DNA from: Candidatus Cloacimonadales bacterium
GTDB lineage: Bacteria; Cloacimonadota; Cloacimonadia; Cloacimonadales; JAFGVF01
Assembly (NCBI GenBank): GCA_963677495.2
Contig: CAXXOU010000004.1
Coordinates: forward strand, 736,001-800,000
DNA length: 64,000 nucleotides
Direction: 5' to 3'
Shown here: piece by piece, positions 20,256 to 30,924 of the stretch
Layout: every line of letters begins with the position of its first letter
How positions within the stretch are numbered: the first letter of the stretch is position 1
Made by a program: the position numbers and the translations under genes
The notes under the pieces: generated by a model
The model's input: only the letters and a program-made list of their open reading frames with translations
The model's database searches: none
Told to the model about the DNA's origin: nothing

Positions 20256-21524
20256 ATGTTAGAATTTGATCAAAAACCTGTATTAAAACACGCTAAACTT
20301 GTTATATTTGGAGTTGGTGGTGCCGGCTGTAATGCAATCAACAATATGATAGATTTTGGATTAGAGGACGTTGAGTACATTGCAACAAACACAGATATTG
20401 CTCATCTCAACATCTCTAAAGCAAAAATAAAGATTCAACTAGGTAAGAAACTTACACAGGGAAGAGGAGCAGGTTCCGATCCTCAGAGAGGACGTGAAGC
20501 TGCAGAAGAGAATTATGAAGACATTAAACATCTAATGGAAGGTGCAGATTTAGTTCTTATTGCTGCTGGTATGGGTGGGGGCACAGGAACAGGAGCAGCA
20601 CCAATAATTGCAAAGATAGCTAAAGAGAAAGAGATTATATCAATAGCAGTTGTGACAACTCCATTCGATGATGAAGGTAAGATCAGAAGAGAGAATGCAA
20701 AAAACGGTTTGCTTGAACTGAGAAACTATGTCGATTCTTACTTGATTGTACCCAATCAGAAGATTTATGAGGCTTATCCTGATGCTCCGGCATTTGAAGC
20801 TTACAAAGAAGCTGACCTTGTGCTTTTCAACTCAGCAAAAGCAATTGCAGATGTTATCAACAAATCCTATGTAATGAATGCAGAGTTATCTGACCTTATT
20901 ACAATCCTTAAAGGAAATGGTAGAGCGTTAATCGGGATTGGAACCGGTGAAGGTGAGAATAGAGCTTCTGATGCTCTTAAGAATGCTATTGAAAATCCAT
21001 TATTGAATGATGTTACTCTCGAGGACTGTGCTGGTGTCGTATACCAAATACTGGCGGGACAAGATATTCCAACAAGTGATTTACGTTTTATATCAGAAGA
21101 GATTCACAAATTAGCAGGTGATGATGCACATATCATACGTGGAGCTCATTTTGATGAATCAAGTAATGGTAAGATATCATTAACTGTTATTGCTTCAGGT
21201 CTAGTAGATCCTGATGATTTCCTAAGAGAAAATGTACAACAACAGCTTAATCCTCAGCAAAACTTTAATAATCAGGGTTATAACCCAAATAGTAACTCGA
21301 ATCTAAATACTCAATTCAATCCAAATCTTGGATCAAGCTTTAGTAATGATCCGGCTAATCTTGGTTCATATGATTCAGGGACACAAGAGGATGACGATGC
21401 CTCTGCTCATCTTAAAGAGTTGATGAGTGGTATTAGTTTAGCAGGAGATAATGAGGAACCTGAAGAAAAGAAATCCGGTTCTCAACTTAAATCTGAACCT
21501 CTTGACTTTAGTAGACGCTATTAA
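20256..21524 (+). CDS. ftsZ: Cell division protein FtsZ
   Basis: GVGGAGCNA, NTD, AGMGGGTGTG, PF..EG..R and an N/Q-rich linker. Confidence 0.95.
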   Translation: MLEFDQKPVLKHAKLVIFGVGGAGCNAINNMIDFGLEDVEYIATNTDIAHLNISKAKIKIQLGKKLTQGRGAGSDPQRGREAAEENYEDIKHLMEGADLVLIAAGMGGGTGTGAAPIIAKIAKEKEIISIAVVTTPFDDEGKIRRENAKNGLLELRNYVDSYLIVPNQKIYEAYPDAPAFEAYKEADLVLFNSAKAIADVINKSYVMNAELSDLITILKGNGRALIGIGTGEGENRASDALKNAIENPLLNDVTLEDCAGVVYQILAGQDIPTSDLRFISEEIHKLAGDDAHIIRGAHFDESSNGKISLTVIASGLVDPDDFLRENVQQQLNPQQNFNNQGYNPNSNSNLNTQFNPNLGSSFSNDPANLGSYDSGTQEDDDASAHLKELMSGISLAGDNEEPEEKKSGSQLKSEPLDFSRRY

Positions 21525-21548
21525 GCTAATTTGATTTATAGATTTATT

Positions 21549-21574
21549 AAAGCCCGGGTCTTGCCGGGCTTTTC
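21549..21574 (+). terminator. Terminator of the dcw operon
   Basis: AAAGCCCGG-GTCTTG-CCGGGCTTTT. Confidence 0.8.
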
Positions 21575-21626
21575 CATTTTCTCATATTCAATTGATTTAA
21601 ACCACGGAAATTGAACCCTCACTGCT

Positions 21627-21732
21627 CTATCTTAACTCACAGGAAACACACGGGAATCTCTCGGGACTTTGCCTGCGTAATTCCCGGGAATGGCTCGAGT
21701 TAATCGCGTGTAATTCCCATGAGTTAAGATAG
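21627..21732. repeat. 11-bp-period array forming a long imperfect hairpin
   Basis: Perfect 13-bp inverted ends CTATCTTAACTCA/TGAGTTAAGATAG. Internal units like CACACGGGAAT, then inverted ATTCCCGGGAA. Confidence 0.7.
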
Positions 21733-21905
21733 CACAATGAATGAGAAATACATGTGTATTGATTAATAGGAATACCAATTTCAATTTCAATCTGTCGATT
21801 AAGAAAGCAATTCTACATATGCAATCATTAACACTGAATCTATTCACAGATTATTTTATCACATCAATGGCTTACTGCAGTTGTGACATACTATTCGCAT
21901 ACTTG

Positions 21906-21987
21906 ACCACGGGTTAACCAGGGGTAAACCACGGGTTAACCGCGGCTTACGTGGTTTAGGCGTGGTTTATCCCTGGTTTATCCGGGG
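21906..21987. repeat. 11-bp-period array with inverted halves
   Basis: ACCACGGGTTA-type x4, then CGTGGTTTATC-type x3. Confidence 0.8.
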
Positions 21988-22159
21988 AAAGACAACATAA
22001 TTGTTCTTTAGTGTCCCTGATTAATTCTTTGATATAAAGTTAACATTCATTACTATCAAAGTACATTTTAAAGAAAATTATGGTACATTGGATATAATAT
22101 ACTTGCCAAAAGAAAATCGGTATTTATTTATTGATAAAACATTTATTGGGAGAGTATGT

Positions 22160-23140
22160 ATGCGATACATTAAGTTCTTGGTCATCCCATTGATGGCTCT
22201 GGTTATTTCTTGTACTCCGGGGTCTGATCCATGGTCAAAAGTTATAACATGCAACCTTAAAGGTAGAGATACAAAGACACTCATTTCAGTTGACGAATCC
22301 AATGAATACTTATCTACAATGTATGTTTCAACCGATACTGTGCTAAATGAGGAGAAAATCTTAGGAGTGAAAATCTGGAATTATGAAATAATTAATCCCA
22401 TTAATGGTTCTATAGAGTATTCATTTACTCCTGATACTGAAGATTTTTATATCTACAACCCCATTCTATCACATTCTCGCACTACTTTGCTTATTGACAA
22501 TCAGAAGTCACTAGTGATGTGTAGCACAACTGCGAATGAAACTACTGTTATTTGTGAAGTTGATTCAACAAACAAGTTTTATCCGTCATTCTCAATTGAT
22601 GATTCAGAAATTCTATACAATACCTCAATAGACACTGTTAGGGTTCTTATGGCATATAATATAAACAATGCAACACATAGAGTCGTATATAAATGCATTG
22701 CAGCTCAGCTAATTCAGGCAAAACAGGTTAATGAATCAAGTTATATCGGATTACTTTATAACTATGCTTCAGGATATGAAATGATTGCTCCTTTGGTACT
22801 ATTTAATGAGCAGGATGGTTCAGTAGAAGTTATTTCAAATGAAGATATTGTGGATTTAACTTTCTCAGCAGAAACCGGATATATTGCATATGTTAGTGAA
22901 GGAAGAGAGCTAGTTGGAATTAATTTGAATACAAGGGAAGAACTCGGAAGGATTGATGTTAACAGAAGAATTTACATGTCTCATCCTGAGTTCAATACTG
23001 ATGGGACTAAACTTGTATATTCAGATTACATTGTTTCTTTCCCTGAAATGATAGGAAAACGAGTATATTGTGATGCAAACTCCCAACCTCATTTTTCTAG
23101 AGACTCATCAAGACTTACTACAACCCTTTCGAATTTTTAA
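22160..23140 (+). CDS. Lipoprotein, TolB-like beta-propeller
   Basis: Signal peptide with lipobox LVISC. PD40-like motifs PSFSIDDSEILY, PEFNTDGTKLVY, PHFSRDS. Confidence 0.7.
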   Translation: MRYIKFLVIPLMALVISCTPGSDPWSKVITCNLKGRDTKTLISVDESNEYLSTMYVSTDTVLNEEKILGVKIWNYEIINPINGSIEYSFTPDTEDFYIYNPILSHSRTTLLIDNQKSLVMCSTTANETTVICEVDSTNKFYPSFSIDDSEILYNTSIDTVRVLMAYNINNATHRVVYKCIAAQLIQAKQVNESSYIGLLYNYASGYEMIAPLVLFNEQDGSVEVISNEDIVDLTFSAETGYIAYVSEGRELVGINLNTREELGRIDVNRRIYMSHPEFNTDGTKLVYSDYIVSFPEMIGKRVYCDANSQPHFSRDSSRLTTTLSNF

Positions 23141-23275
23141 CTGAAGTTAGATTTAATAATATTTCATATTTAATGAGAACTAAGTTCAGATACGATTCTT
23201 GCTTAAGTGTCATTCTGTCAAAATTACTTGCCAAGAATTAACAATGTGCAAATAAAGATACAAAGGAGATTACTA

Positions 23276-24559
23276 ATGAAAAGAAAGTATATCGAAGAGC
23301 TTAAAGAGTTTTTAGATCAATCACCTACAGCGTATCAGGCTAGTGGCAATATTATATATGAACTAGAAAAGAACGGATATCAACATCTTGATGAATGCGA
23401 TGAGTGGAAGCTTGAAAAAGGTGGTAAATACTACCTTCAAAGAAACCAATCAGCTGTAGTTGCTTTCATTAATGGAAACACAAAACCTAATGCTAATGGT
23501 TACAAGTTAATCGGTGCACATACTGATAGTCCTGCTCTTAAAATAAAACCATTAACAGAAACAACCGTTAAAGGCACCAGAAAGCTTGGTGTTGAAGTTT
23601 ATGGTGGACCTATCCTTTCAACTTGGCTGGATAGAGAACTTTCAGTAGCCGGTAGAGTTGTAATTAAAGTAGATGACAGCTTTGAATCCAGACTTATAAA
23701 CCTTATCAAACCTATTGGTATTATTCCAAACGCTGCTATTCATATGAATAGAGAAGTTAACTCAGGTTTCAAGTACAATGCTCAAAATCATCTTCCTATT
23801 ATGATGGGAACAGGCTCTGAAAACAATGAAAACTACTTAAAGTGTCTCATTGCTGACCATTTAGATGTCCCGATGGATGATATTCTTGATTATGATCTTT
23901 TCCTTTATGATCCGCAACCTGCCACATTAATTGGTGATGTAGAAGATGGATACATTATCGCAGGCAGACAAGATGATCTGTCTATGTGCCATGCTATTCT
24001 TGTTGCATTGCTTGAATCTAATACTTCAGATGCTACTCTTGTGGGTGTATTCTTCGATAATGAAGAGATTGGTAGCAGAACCCTTCAAGGTGCTGCATCT
24101 CCTTTCTTAGCAACAATTCTTAAACGAATCTCTTTGACTCATGGTCTTAATGAAGAGGAACATCTTATCTCATTGAGAAAGAGTAAACTTGTCTCTGCTG
24201 ATTTAGCGCATGCATATCATCCCAACTTCGCCGGTAAGCATGATCCACATTATACACCTATCATGAACAAAGGTCCAGTCATCAAAATCAATGCAGGATT
24301 CAGTTATGCCACAACTGCTGAAACATCATATTTCTTTGAGCAACTATGTAAGCAAGCAGACGTACCGGTGCAGAAGATTATCGGACGTTCAGATGTACGT
24401 TCAGGTTCTACAATTGGACCAATCAGTTCTGCCGGTTTAGGCATAGACACTGTGGATATTGGTTCTCCTGTATGGGCTATGCACTCAGTTCGTGAGACAG
24501 GTGGACAAGCTGACCATTTCTATATGATAGAAGTACTTAAAGAGTTCTATAAAGATTAA
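23276..24559 (+). CDS. M18 family aspartyl aminopeptidase
   Basis: GAHTDSP, VEVYGG, DNEEIGS, SADLAHA.HPN, GSTIGP, MHSVRE. Confidence 0.95.
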   Translation: MKRKYIEELKEFLDQSPTAYQASGNIIYELEKNGYQHLDECDEWKLEKGGKYYLQRNQSAVVAFINGNTKPNANGYKLIGAHTDSPALKIKPLTETTVKGTRKLGVEVYGGPILSTWLDRELSVAGRVVIKVDDSFESRLINLIKPIGIIPNAAIHMNREVNSGFKYNAQNHLPIMMGTGSENNENYLKCLIADHLDVPMDDILDYDLFLYDPQPATLIGDVEDGYIIAGRQDDLSMCHAILVALLESNTSDATLVGVFFDNEEIGSRTLQGAASPFLATILKRISLTHGLNEEEHLISLRKSKLVSADLAHAYHPNFAGKHDPHYTPIMNKGPVIKINAGFSYATTAETSYFFEQLCKQADVPVQKIIGRSDVRSGSTIGPISSAGLGIDTVDIGSPVWAMHSVRETGGQADHFYMIEVLKEFYKD

Positions 24560-24668
24560 TTTTGAGTAAAGAGAAACGGATTCATTATTTTATGTTGACA
24601 AAATAATGAAATAAACTCTCATATTAGCGATTAAAATCCAGAACAATAAAATATAAATGGAGGATTTC

Positions 24669-25760
24669 ATGGAAAGAAGAATTCATAACTTCAGTGCAGG
24701 ACCTTCAACACTTCCTTTAGAGGTGTTACAGCAGGTTCAAAAAGACTTAGTAAGCTACAAAGGCCTCGGTCTTTCAGTAATGGAGATGTCACATCGTTCA
24801 AAAGAGTACGGTGAGATTATCAATGCTGCTCGTGAGAATGCAAAGAAAATCTACGGTCTCGGAGATGATTGGGAAGTTCTTTTCCTTCAAGGTGGTGCAA
24901 GTACTCAGTTCCTTATGGTTGCAATGAATCTTTGTGCAGACGACAAAGTTGCAAACTATATCAATACTGGTACATGGGCTACAAAAGCTTATAAAGAAGC
25001 TAAGAAGATTGGTAAGAAAACTCATCTTGCTGCTACATCTGAAGAAGATGGATTTGCATACATTCCTAAAGAGTTCACTCTTTCAGAGAATCCTGCTTAT
25101 CTTCATATCACCCATAATAACACTATTAGAGGTACAGAATATCATTGGACTCCTGAAGTCCCTGCAGGTGTACCACTAATTGCTGACATGTCTTCAAACT
25201 TCATGAGTCGTCCAGTAGATATCGAGAAATACGATATGGTTTATGCAGGTGCTCAGAAGAATGTAGGACCAGCCGGTTGTACTGTTGTTCTTATCAAGAA
25301 AGAATTTGCTGCTAAATTACCTGGTGGTCTTCCTACAATGCTTGATTACACAACTCATCTTGAGAAAGAATCAATGTTCAATACTCCACCTGCTTTCGCT
25401 ATCTACGTAATTGGTGAAGTTTTCAAATGGATCCTTGAACAGGGTGGTATTGATAAAGTTAATGAAAACAACGTAGCAAAAGCTAAGCTTATCTATGATG
25501 TGATCGATAACTCAAACGGTTTCTACAAAGGTTCAGTTACTGATATAGATAGCCGTTCATTAATGAACATCACATTCTTACTTCCAACTGATGAGTTAAG
25601 TAAGAAGTTCATCGCTGAAGGTGCTGCTCAAGACCTTAGTGGTCTTAAAGGTCACCGTTCAGTTGGTGGTTGCAGAGCTTCTGTTTACAATGCATGCCCT
25701 TACGAAAGTGCACACGCATTAGCTGAGTTCATGAAGAAGTTCATGGAAGAAAATAAGTAA
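24669..25760 (+). CDS. serC: Phosphoserine aminotransferase
   Basis: NFSAGPS, EMSHRS, YAGAQKNVGPAG, NTPP, LKGHRSVGG.RAS.YNA. Confidence 0.97.
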   Translation: MERRIHNFSAGPSTLPLEVLQQVQKDLVSYKGLGLSVMEMSHRSKEYGEIINAARENAKKIYGLGDDWEVLFLQGGASTQFLMVAMNLCADDKVANYINTGTWATKAYKEAKKIGKKTHLAATSEEDGFAYIPKEFTLSENPAYLHITHNNTIRGTEYHWTPEVPAGVPLIADMSSNFMSRPVDIEKYDMVYAGAQKNVGPAGCTVVLIKKEFAAKLPGGLPTMLDYTTHLEKESMFNTPPAFAIYVIGEVFKWILEQGGIDKVNENNVAKAKLIYDVIDNSNGFYKGSVTDIDSRSLMNITFLLPTDELSKKFIAEGAAQDLSGLKGHRSVGGCRASVYNACPYESAHALAEFMKKFMEENK

Positions 25761-25780
25761 TTTATTGATTACTATATATC

Positions 25781-25858
25781 AAGGGCTTCTGAGAAATCAG
25801 AAGCCTTTTTTGATACAGTAAAACAGTAATAAAAAAGGCAGTGGATATACACTGCCTT
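25781..25858. terminator. Two terminators between convergent serC and the TPR gene
   Basis: AAGGGCTTCTGA-GAAA-TCAGAAGCCTTTTTT and AAAAAGGCAGTG...CACTGCCTT. Confidence 0.75.
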
Positions 25859-25879
25859 CTAAGATTGTTTAAGTAGTAA

Positions 25880-26989
25880 CTACTTATCAAAAGCTTTAAG
25901 CTTTTTGCTATATTCAGTAACAGTATCTTTGTCACCAAGTTGCTGTGCAGCAACAAGTACAAGACGTACAGCTTCAATTCTATCTGGTGCTGCTTCATGG
26001 AATTTCTTACTATAGACTAAAAGGTCATCATATTTCTTAGCGTTACTAAGTGCATAGCATAAGAATTCAAATCTTTCAGCTTTTGGATCAAGGTCTGCAA
26101 CCTTTTTACCATAATCAAGAGCTTTATCTGTTTCTCCAAGAACATTAGCAAACTGAGAAGCATTATCTAAAGCATCAAGGTTTTCAGGTTCAATTGCGAT
26201 AGCCATTTCTGTATATTCAAGTGCCTTAGCATATTTTTCCAAATTGGAAAAAGCAATCGAGATATTGAAAAGAACATTGATATCATTTGGTGTCACAGCA
26301 AGAAGAGCTTGATATGTTTCGATAGCTTTCTCAGGTTTCTCTGCATTAAAATAAAGTGCAGCAAGTTGGTTAAGTGACTGTGTATCTTCAGGTGCCTTTT
26401 CTTTAATCAATTCATAAGTAGCAATAGCATTATCATTCTGTTCTAAGTTAAGATAAGCAGATGCTTTAAGTTGAAGAGCAGTTACATTCTCTGGATCGAG
26501 TTCAATAACTTTGTCATAAGCAACGATAGCTTCTTCGTATTCTTCATCATCAGTTGCAAGTGTCTGACCAATAACAAGAATCTTCTGAACAGGGAACATG
26601 AGTTCTTTCTCTCTAAGTCTATCAATATCTTTCTTTTCGTTTTTAAGCTTCTTAGGTTTAATACCTTCTTCGATAAGCTTATCATAAGCTTCGATAGCAG
26701 CTTTATATGATTTGTAGGCTTCAGCATAATAATTAACTTTGTTTTTAGAACGTTCTGAACCAAATGTGTAGTTAATCTGTCCAATTTTGACTAAAGCTTC
26801 AACACTATTAGGATCAGTTTCGAGAACTGTATTGTAAAACTCTAAAGCTTTGTCGTAGTTCTTTTGTTGAAGCTTCATTTTTGCATCTCTCAAAGAACGT
26901 GTTCCTTGTCCTGAAAGCTTCTGCTTTGCTTGAAGTCCTGTAGCAAGCAGAACTAACATTGTTAAGATTATGAGTAAACTCTTTTTCAT
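25880..26989 (-). CDS. Secreted tetratricopeptide repeat protein
   Basis: Signal peptide and multiple TPR units (A...Y.K.IELDP.N). Confidence 0.88.
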   Translation of the reverse strand: MKKSLLIILTMLVLLATGLQAKQKLSGQGTRSLRDAKMKLQQKNYDKALEFYNTVLETDPNSVEALVKIGQINYTFGSERSKNKVNYYAEAYKSYKAAIEAYDKLIEEGIKPKKLKNEKKDIDRLREKELMFPVQKILVIGQTLATDDEEYEEAIVAYDKVIELDPENVTALQLKASAYLNLEQNDNAIATYELIKEKAPEDTQSLNQLAALYFNAEKPEKAIETYQALLAVTPNDINVLFNISIAFSNLEKYAKALEYTEMAIAIEPENLDALDNASQFANVLGETDKALDYGKKVADLDPKAERFEFLCYALSNAKKYDDLLVYSKKFHEAAPDRIEAVRLVLVAAQQLGDKDTVTEYSKKLKAFDK

Positions 26990-27063
26990 TGTATCCTCCA
27001 ATAAGTTATCAATTTTGATGTTAAAGACATTTATAGTGGTTTATAAGTCAAGTAGATTCTCTA

Positions 27064-28452
27064 TTACAATAACTTATAAACTGTTCCATCTTTAGTATCT
27101 AATAACTGAACCTTTAGTGCAAGCAGGTCATCTCTAATTCTATCTGCAAGTACCCAGTTCTTATCTTTCTTAGCATCATTTCTATATGTAATAAGCAGGT
27201 TGATAAGGCTTTCACTGATTTGATTCATATCATTTGAAAGCTTCGTTTCAATGTCTGCGAAGAATCCCAGTACTCTTCCAAGTTCAACCATCAGATGTGC
27301 TGCATCTTTTCTTAACTGCATATCTTCGCTTGCTTTACCAACTATCTTAGCTAAATCAAAGAGAGTAGCAATAGCTATTGCACTGTTAAAGTCATCATCC
27401 ATAGCTTTAACAAATTTATCCTTGAACTTAACTAGTGCATCAGAAACCTCATAAGACTCATCTGCAAAAGAAAGATAATCTACTTTCTCCAGTGCCTTAT
27501 AGAAGTTCTTAACTGCTTTCTCTGATTCATCCAGGATCCCTGTATTGTAATCAATGGGTGAACGGTAATGCTTTGATAAGAAGAAGAACCTTACAGCTTC
27601 AGAGTCATATTTCTTAAGCACATCTCTAAGAGTGAAGAAATTGTTCAGACTCTTAGACATCTTTTCACCTTCTATATTAATAAATCCATTGTGCATCCAA
27701 TAATTACATAATGGTTTCTTATTAACAGCATAAGCTTGAGCTAACTCATTCTCGTGATGAGGGAATACTAGGTCAATACCACCGCCATGAATATCAAAAG
27801 TCTCACCAAGATTTGCACATGACATCACAACACATTCACTGTGCCAACCCGGACGGCCTTCACCCCAAGGAGAATCCCATTTTGGTTCACCCGGTTTAGA
27901 TGCTTTCCATAGTGTGAAGTCATAAGGATTACGTTTCTGTGTGTTTTCCTGTATACGCGCTCCTGCTTGCATATCTTCGAGTTTTCGACCTGATAATGAA
28001 CCATACTGTGGAAGTTTATCAACAGCAAAGTAAACATCACCATTTACAGCATATGCAGCTTCAATCTCTACCATCTTATCAATAAAGGCAATAATCTCCT
28101 CAATCACATCAGTAGCTTTTGGTTGGATATCAGCTCCAACTATACCCAAGGCTTTTATATCATCTAAGAAAGCTTTTATATACTTCTCAGTTACCTTCTC
28201 GAAAGGAATACCTTCCTCATTGGCTTTGTTGATTATCTTATCATCTATATCTGTTATATTCTGTACGTAGGTTACATCATAGCCAATGTATCTAAAATAG
28301 TTTTTAACTACATCAAAAAAGAGAAATGGTCTTGCATTTCCAATATGGAAATAGTTATAAACTGTTGGTCCGCAGGAGTACATCTTTACTTTTCCCGCTT
28401 CAACAGGCACAAACTCCTCTTTCTTACGTGTCATTGTGTTATATATTTTCAT
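27064..28452 (-). CDS. cysS: Cysteine-tRNA ligase
   Basis: CGPTVY, HIGN, GRPGWHSEC, HGGG.DL.FPHHENE, KMSKS. Confidence 0.98.
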   Translation of the reverse strand: MKIYNTMTRKKEEFVPVEAGKVKMYSCGPTVYNYFHIGNARPFLFFDVVKNYFRYIGYDVTYVQNITDIDDKIINKANEEGIPFEKVTEKYIKAFLDDIKALGIVGADIQPKATDVIEEIIAFIDKMVEIEAAYAVNGDVYFAVDKLPQYGSLSGRKLEDMQAGARIQENTQKRNPYDFTLWKASKPGEPKWDSPWGEGRPGWHSECVVMSCANLGETFDIHGGGIDLVFPHHENELAQAYAVNKKPLCNYWMHNGFINIEGEKMSKSLNNFFTLRDVLKKYDSEAVRFFFLSKHYRSPIDYNTGILDESEKAVKNFYKALEKVDYLSFADESYEVSDALVKFKDKFVKAMDDDFNSAIAIATLFDLAKIVGKASEDMQLRKDAAHLMVELGRVLGFFADIETKLSNDMNQISESLINLLITYRNDAKKDKNWVLADRIRDDLLALKVQLLDTKDGTVYKLL

Positions 28453-29002
28453 CTGATTCCTCATTTTTATCAAATCTCAAGAACGAGATAGTAACTTCTT
28501 TCTTTCTTTTATCTCTGAAAACAAACTCTTTATATTCTTCAGGTATTCTTTCTTTAGTTGCATGATCGACAACTATGATGCCACTAGGTTTGAGTATTTT
28601 GTATTCAATAATACTATCTAAAGTCTCTTTCACAAGTCCCTTACTGTAAGGTGGATCCATAAAGATAATATCATACTGCCTTTCGCATTTCTTAAGGAAC
28701 CTTTTCACAGTTTTTCGGTAGATATGACTGCATTTATCATATTTAGTCTTAGCTAGATTTTGTAACAACGGGGCCACAGCATTTGATGAGAACTCTACGA
28801 AATCAGCATATACAGCACCGCGACTCAAAGCTTCAATTCCTAATGAACCTGTACCTGCAAACAAATCTAAAACTTCTGTATCATCAATATCTTGTAACAC
28901 TGAGAAGATAAACTCTCGCATAAATCCTGTGGTAGGTCTAGAGGTATTACCATCAACAGAGAAGAGCTTGTAACCCTTTCTTTTTCCTGCTATTATTCTC
29001 AT
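28439..29002 (-). CDS. rsmD: 16S rRNA m2G966 methyltransferase
   Basis: MRIIAG, RPT, LDLFAGTGSLGIEALSRGA, DPPY. Confidence 0.95.
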   Translation of the reverse strand: MRIIAGKRKGYKLFSVDGNTSRPTTGFMREFIFSVLQDIDDTEVLDLFAGTGSLGIEALSRGAVYADFVEFSSNAVAPLLQNLAKTKYDKCSHIYRKTVKRFLKKCERQYDIIFMDPPYSKGLVKETLDSIIEYKILKPSGIIVVDHATKERIPEEYKEFVFRDKRKKEVTISFLRFDKNEESDENI

Positions 29003-29169
29003 TTCGTTTTCTTTGTTCGAGTACGTTTCTTTGAAACCATATCAAAGAAGGTGAGCTGAGTAGGTTTCTCCACAAAATTGGGACATGTTATCAGGCGAAC
29101 ATTCTTAGACTGCTTACATGAACACTCGCATTTTTGGCATAATTTATTTATATCTTTTGTTGAACTCAT
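28999..29169 (-). CDS. 56-aa Cys-rich small protein
   Basis: MSSTKDINKLCQKCECSCKQSKNVRLITCPNFVEKPTQLTFFDMVSKKRTRTKKTK. AGGAG RBS and ATGA overlap with rsmD. Confidence 0.75.
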   Translation of the reverse strand: MSSTKDINKLCQKCECSCKQSKNVRLITCPNFVEKPTQLTFFDMVSKKRTRTKKTK

Positions 29170-29187
29170 AAACTCCTGCTTGATTAC

Positions 29188-29820
29188 TTAAAAGAGTGAA
29201 CTAATGCTTTCAAGCAGCTCATTTCGGTCAATACTTTTTAATAGAGTATCTTCTCCGTATATTCTCTTCAAGTGGGTAATCAAATCCCTAACTACTAAAT
29301 TTTGTTTCAAAATATCTTCTGCTGAAGGGTGAGAATCACGTGGGGAAGAGGCTATCTTTTCCTTTATTTCCTCCTCCTCTTCAATTGTATCTAGTACTTC
29401 TTGAAAGACTTCATTAGGTTTCTCTACTTCCGGTTTCTGCTCTTTTACCGGTTCGTCCTCTTCAATGTCAATTATCTCAACAACTCTCTCCTCATCATCT
29501 TCAATCTCTATCTTAATATCGAAATCACTGGTGTCCGGATTGTAAGCCTCATTATAACGCTTGTATTGAGTAGGAGTAAGAATTCTGAATAACTCCTTCT
29601 CATGCTCATTAAAGATGAAAGCTAAGGGTGAATCATCTCTCTTCTTTCGCTTACCTGAAGAGATGAATTCATGCTTAAGTGTTTCTATCTTTTGAAACAA
29701 CTCTTCACTAGGGGTTTCTGAATAAATCGCTTCATATGTAGCAATAGCATCAGCAATTAATCCCTGACTTTCATATAGTTTTGCTAATGTTGATGTAGCT
29801 TTTATCTTATTCTCAGCCAT
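29188..29820 (-). CDS. Hypothetical protein with an N-terminal TPR-like motif
   Basis: TLAKLYESQG...AIATYE and an acidic linker. Operon context. Confidence 0.65.
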   Translation of the reverse strand: MAENKIKATSTLAKLYESQGLIADAIATYEAIYSETPSEELFQKIETLKHEFISSGKRKKRDDSPLAFIFNEHEKELFRILTPTQYKRYNEAYNPDTSDFDIKIEIEDDEERVVEIIDIEEDEPVKEQKPEVEKPNEVFQEVLDTIEEEEEIKEKIASSPRDSHPSAEDILKQNLVVRDLITHLKRIYGEDTLLKSIDRNELLESISSLF

Positions 29821-30416
29821 TATTCCTGTCCAAGGTATGTATTCAACTCAAGTACCTCTATCGTTTTGGGACCGATGCCATTAACAATACGTAGCTCTTC
29901 ATATTGTTTAATCTGACCAACTCGATCACGATATTCAACAATACCTTGAGCTCGAAGTTTCCCAATTCCTTTGATACTTAAAAGCTGTTCAAATGTTGCT
30001 TTATTCAGGTCAAACATTGTGTCAATATTATCTTCTTTATAAACCGTAGCGCTACTGCTCTTATAACCTACACCATAGCCATAGGCTATGATTTTCTGCA
30101 CTGTATTCATACCAATGCCTTTGACCTTCATTATATCGTTTACTACAGAAAAACCATAGAAATCACGATACTCCACAAGTCGTTTTGCTCTCTTTGTACC
30201 TAATCCCGGAACCAGTATCCACTCTTCGTACGTTGCTTTGTGGATATCAAGATTTGGAAGGTTTTTTCTTTGCAAAGCAGCTTCTAATGAATCCGGACTG
30301 AGTACTTCTGATTCATTCTTTGTTTGTGCACTAAACAGAGTTGCAAGTATGAATAAAACAGTTAGAAAAAGTAATGTTTTTCTCTCAATAGATGTCATAT
30401 AGTTCTTTAATTTCAT
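29820..30416 (-). CDS. comEA: ComEA-family helix-hairpin-helix DNA-binding protein
   Basis: N-terminal TM and repeated HhH motifs (VPGLG, VKGIG, IKGIG, VNGIG). Confidence 0.85.
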   Translation of the reverse strand: MKLKNYMTSIERKTLLFLTVLFILATLFSAQTKNESEVLSPDSLEAALQRKNLPNLDIHKATYEEWILVPGLGTKRAKRLVEYRDFYGFSVVNDIMKVKGIGMNTVQKIIAYGYGVGYKSSSATVYKEDNIDTMFDLNKATFEQLLSIKGIGKLRAQGIVEYRDRVGQIKQYEELRIVNGIGPKTIEVLELNTYLGQE

Positions 30417-30808
30417 GATTTACCTACTTTCACATAGATTGCTGTTGCTTCTGCAATCAAGTTATCTCCAGCCATAATCTTAGCAGAGGTTTTTATAATC
30501 CTACCCTTTGTTTCGGAAATAGTTCCAATTATGCTAATATGAGCTCCAACATTCAAGGGTTTCCTGTAATTGACAGTCATTTTTCCTGTGACAGCTTCAC
30601 CGATTTTCATTATAACGATTTTTGCCATTGCTTCATCAAGGATTGTTGAGATTATTCCACCATGAATAATCCCGGGATAACCTGCAAAAACAGCAGGACA
30701 GTCCCATTCTGCAATCGCATTATCATCTTCGTATCTAAACTTAAGTTTCAATCCAAACGGATGATTCTCTCCACAAGCAAAACATTCATTGTATTTAGGT
30801 TCTTCCAT
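30413..30808 (-). CDS. PaaI/hotdog thioesterase
   Basis: CFACG..NP.GL, GYPGIIHGG...LDE. Confidence 0.9.
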   Translation of the reverse strand: MEEPKYNECFACGENHPFGLKLKFRYEDDNAIAEWDCPAVFAGYPGIIHGGIISTILDEAMAKIVIMKIGEAVTGKMTVNYRKPLNVGAHISIIGTISETKGRIIKTSAKIMAGDNLIAEATAIYVKVGKS

Positions 30809-30924
30809 TTAGCAAAATTATCTCCAAGTATTTATATGTCAATTTTATAGTGTATTATTTATTTGGCAAAGGTATTTTCTACAGAGAGGTATTATTTTGG
30901 TAATACACAGTGGGAATTTCAATG

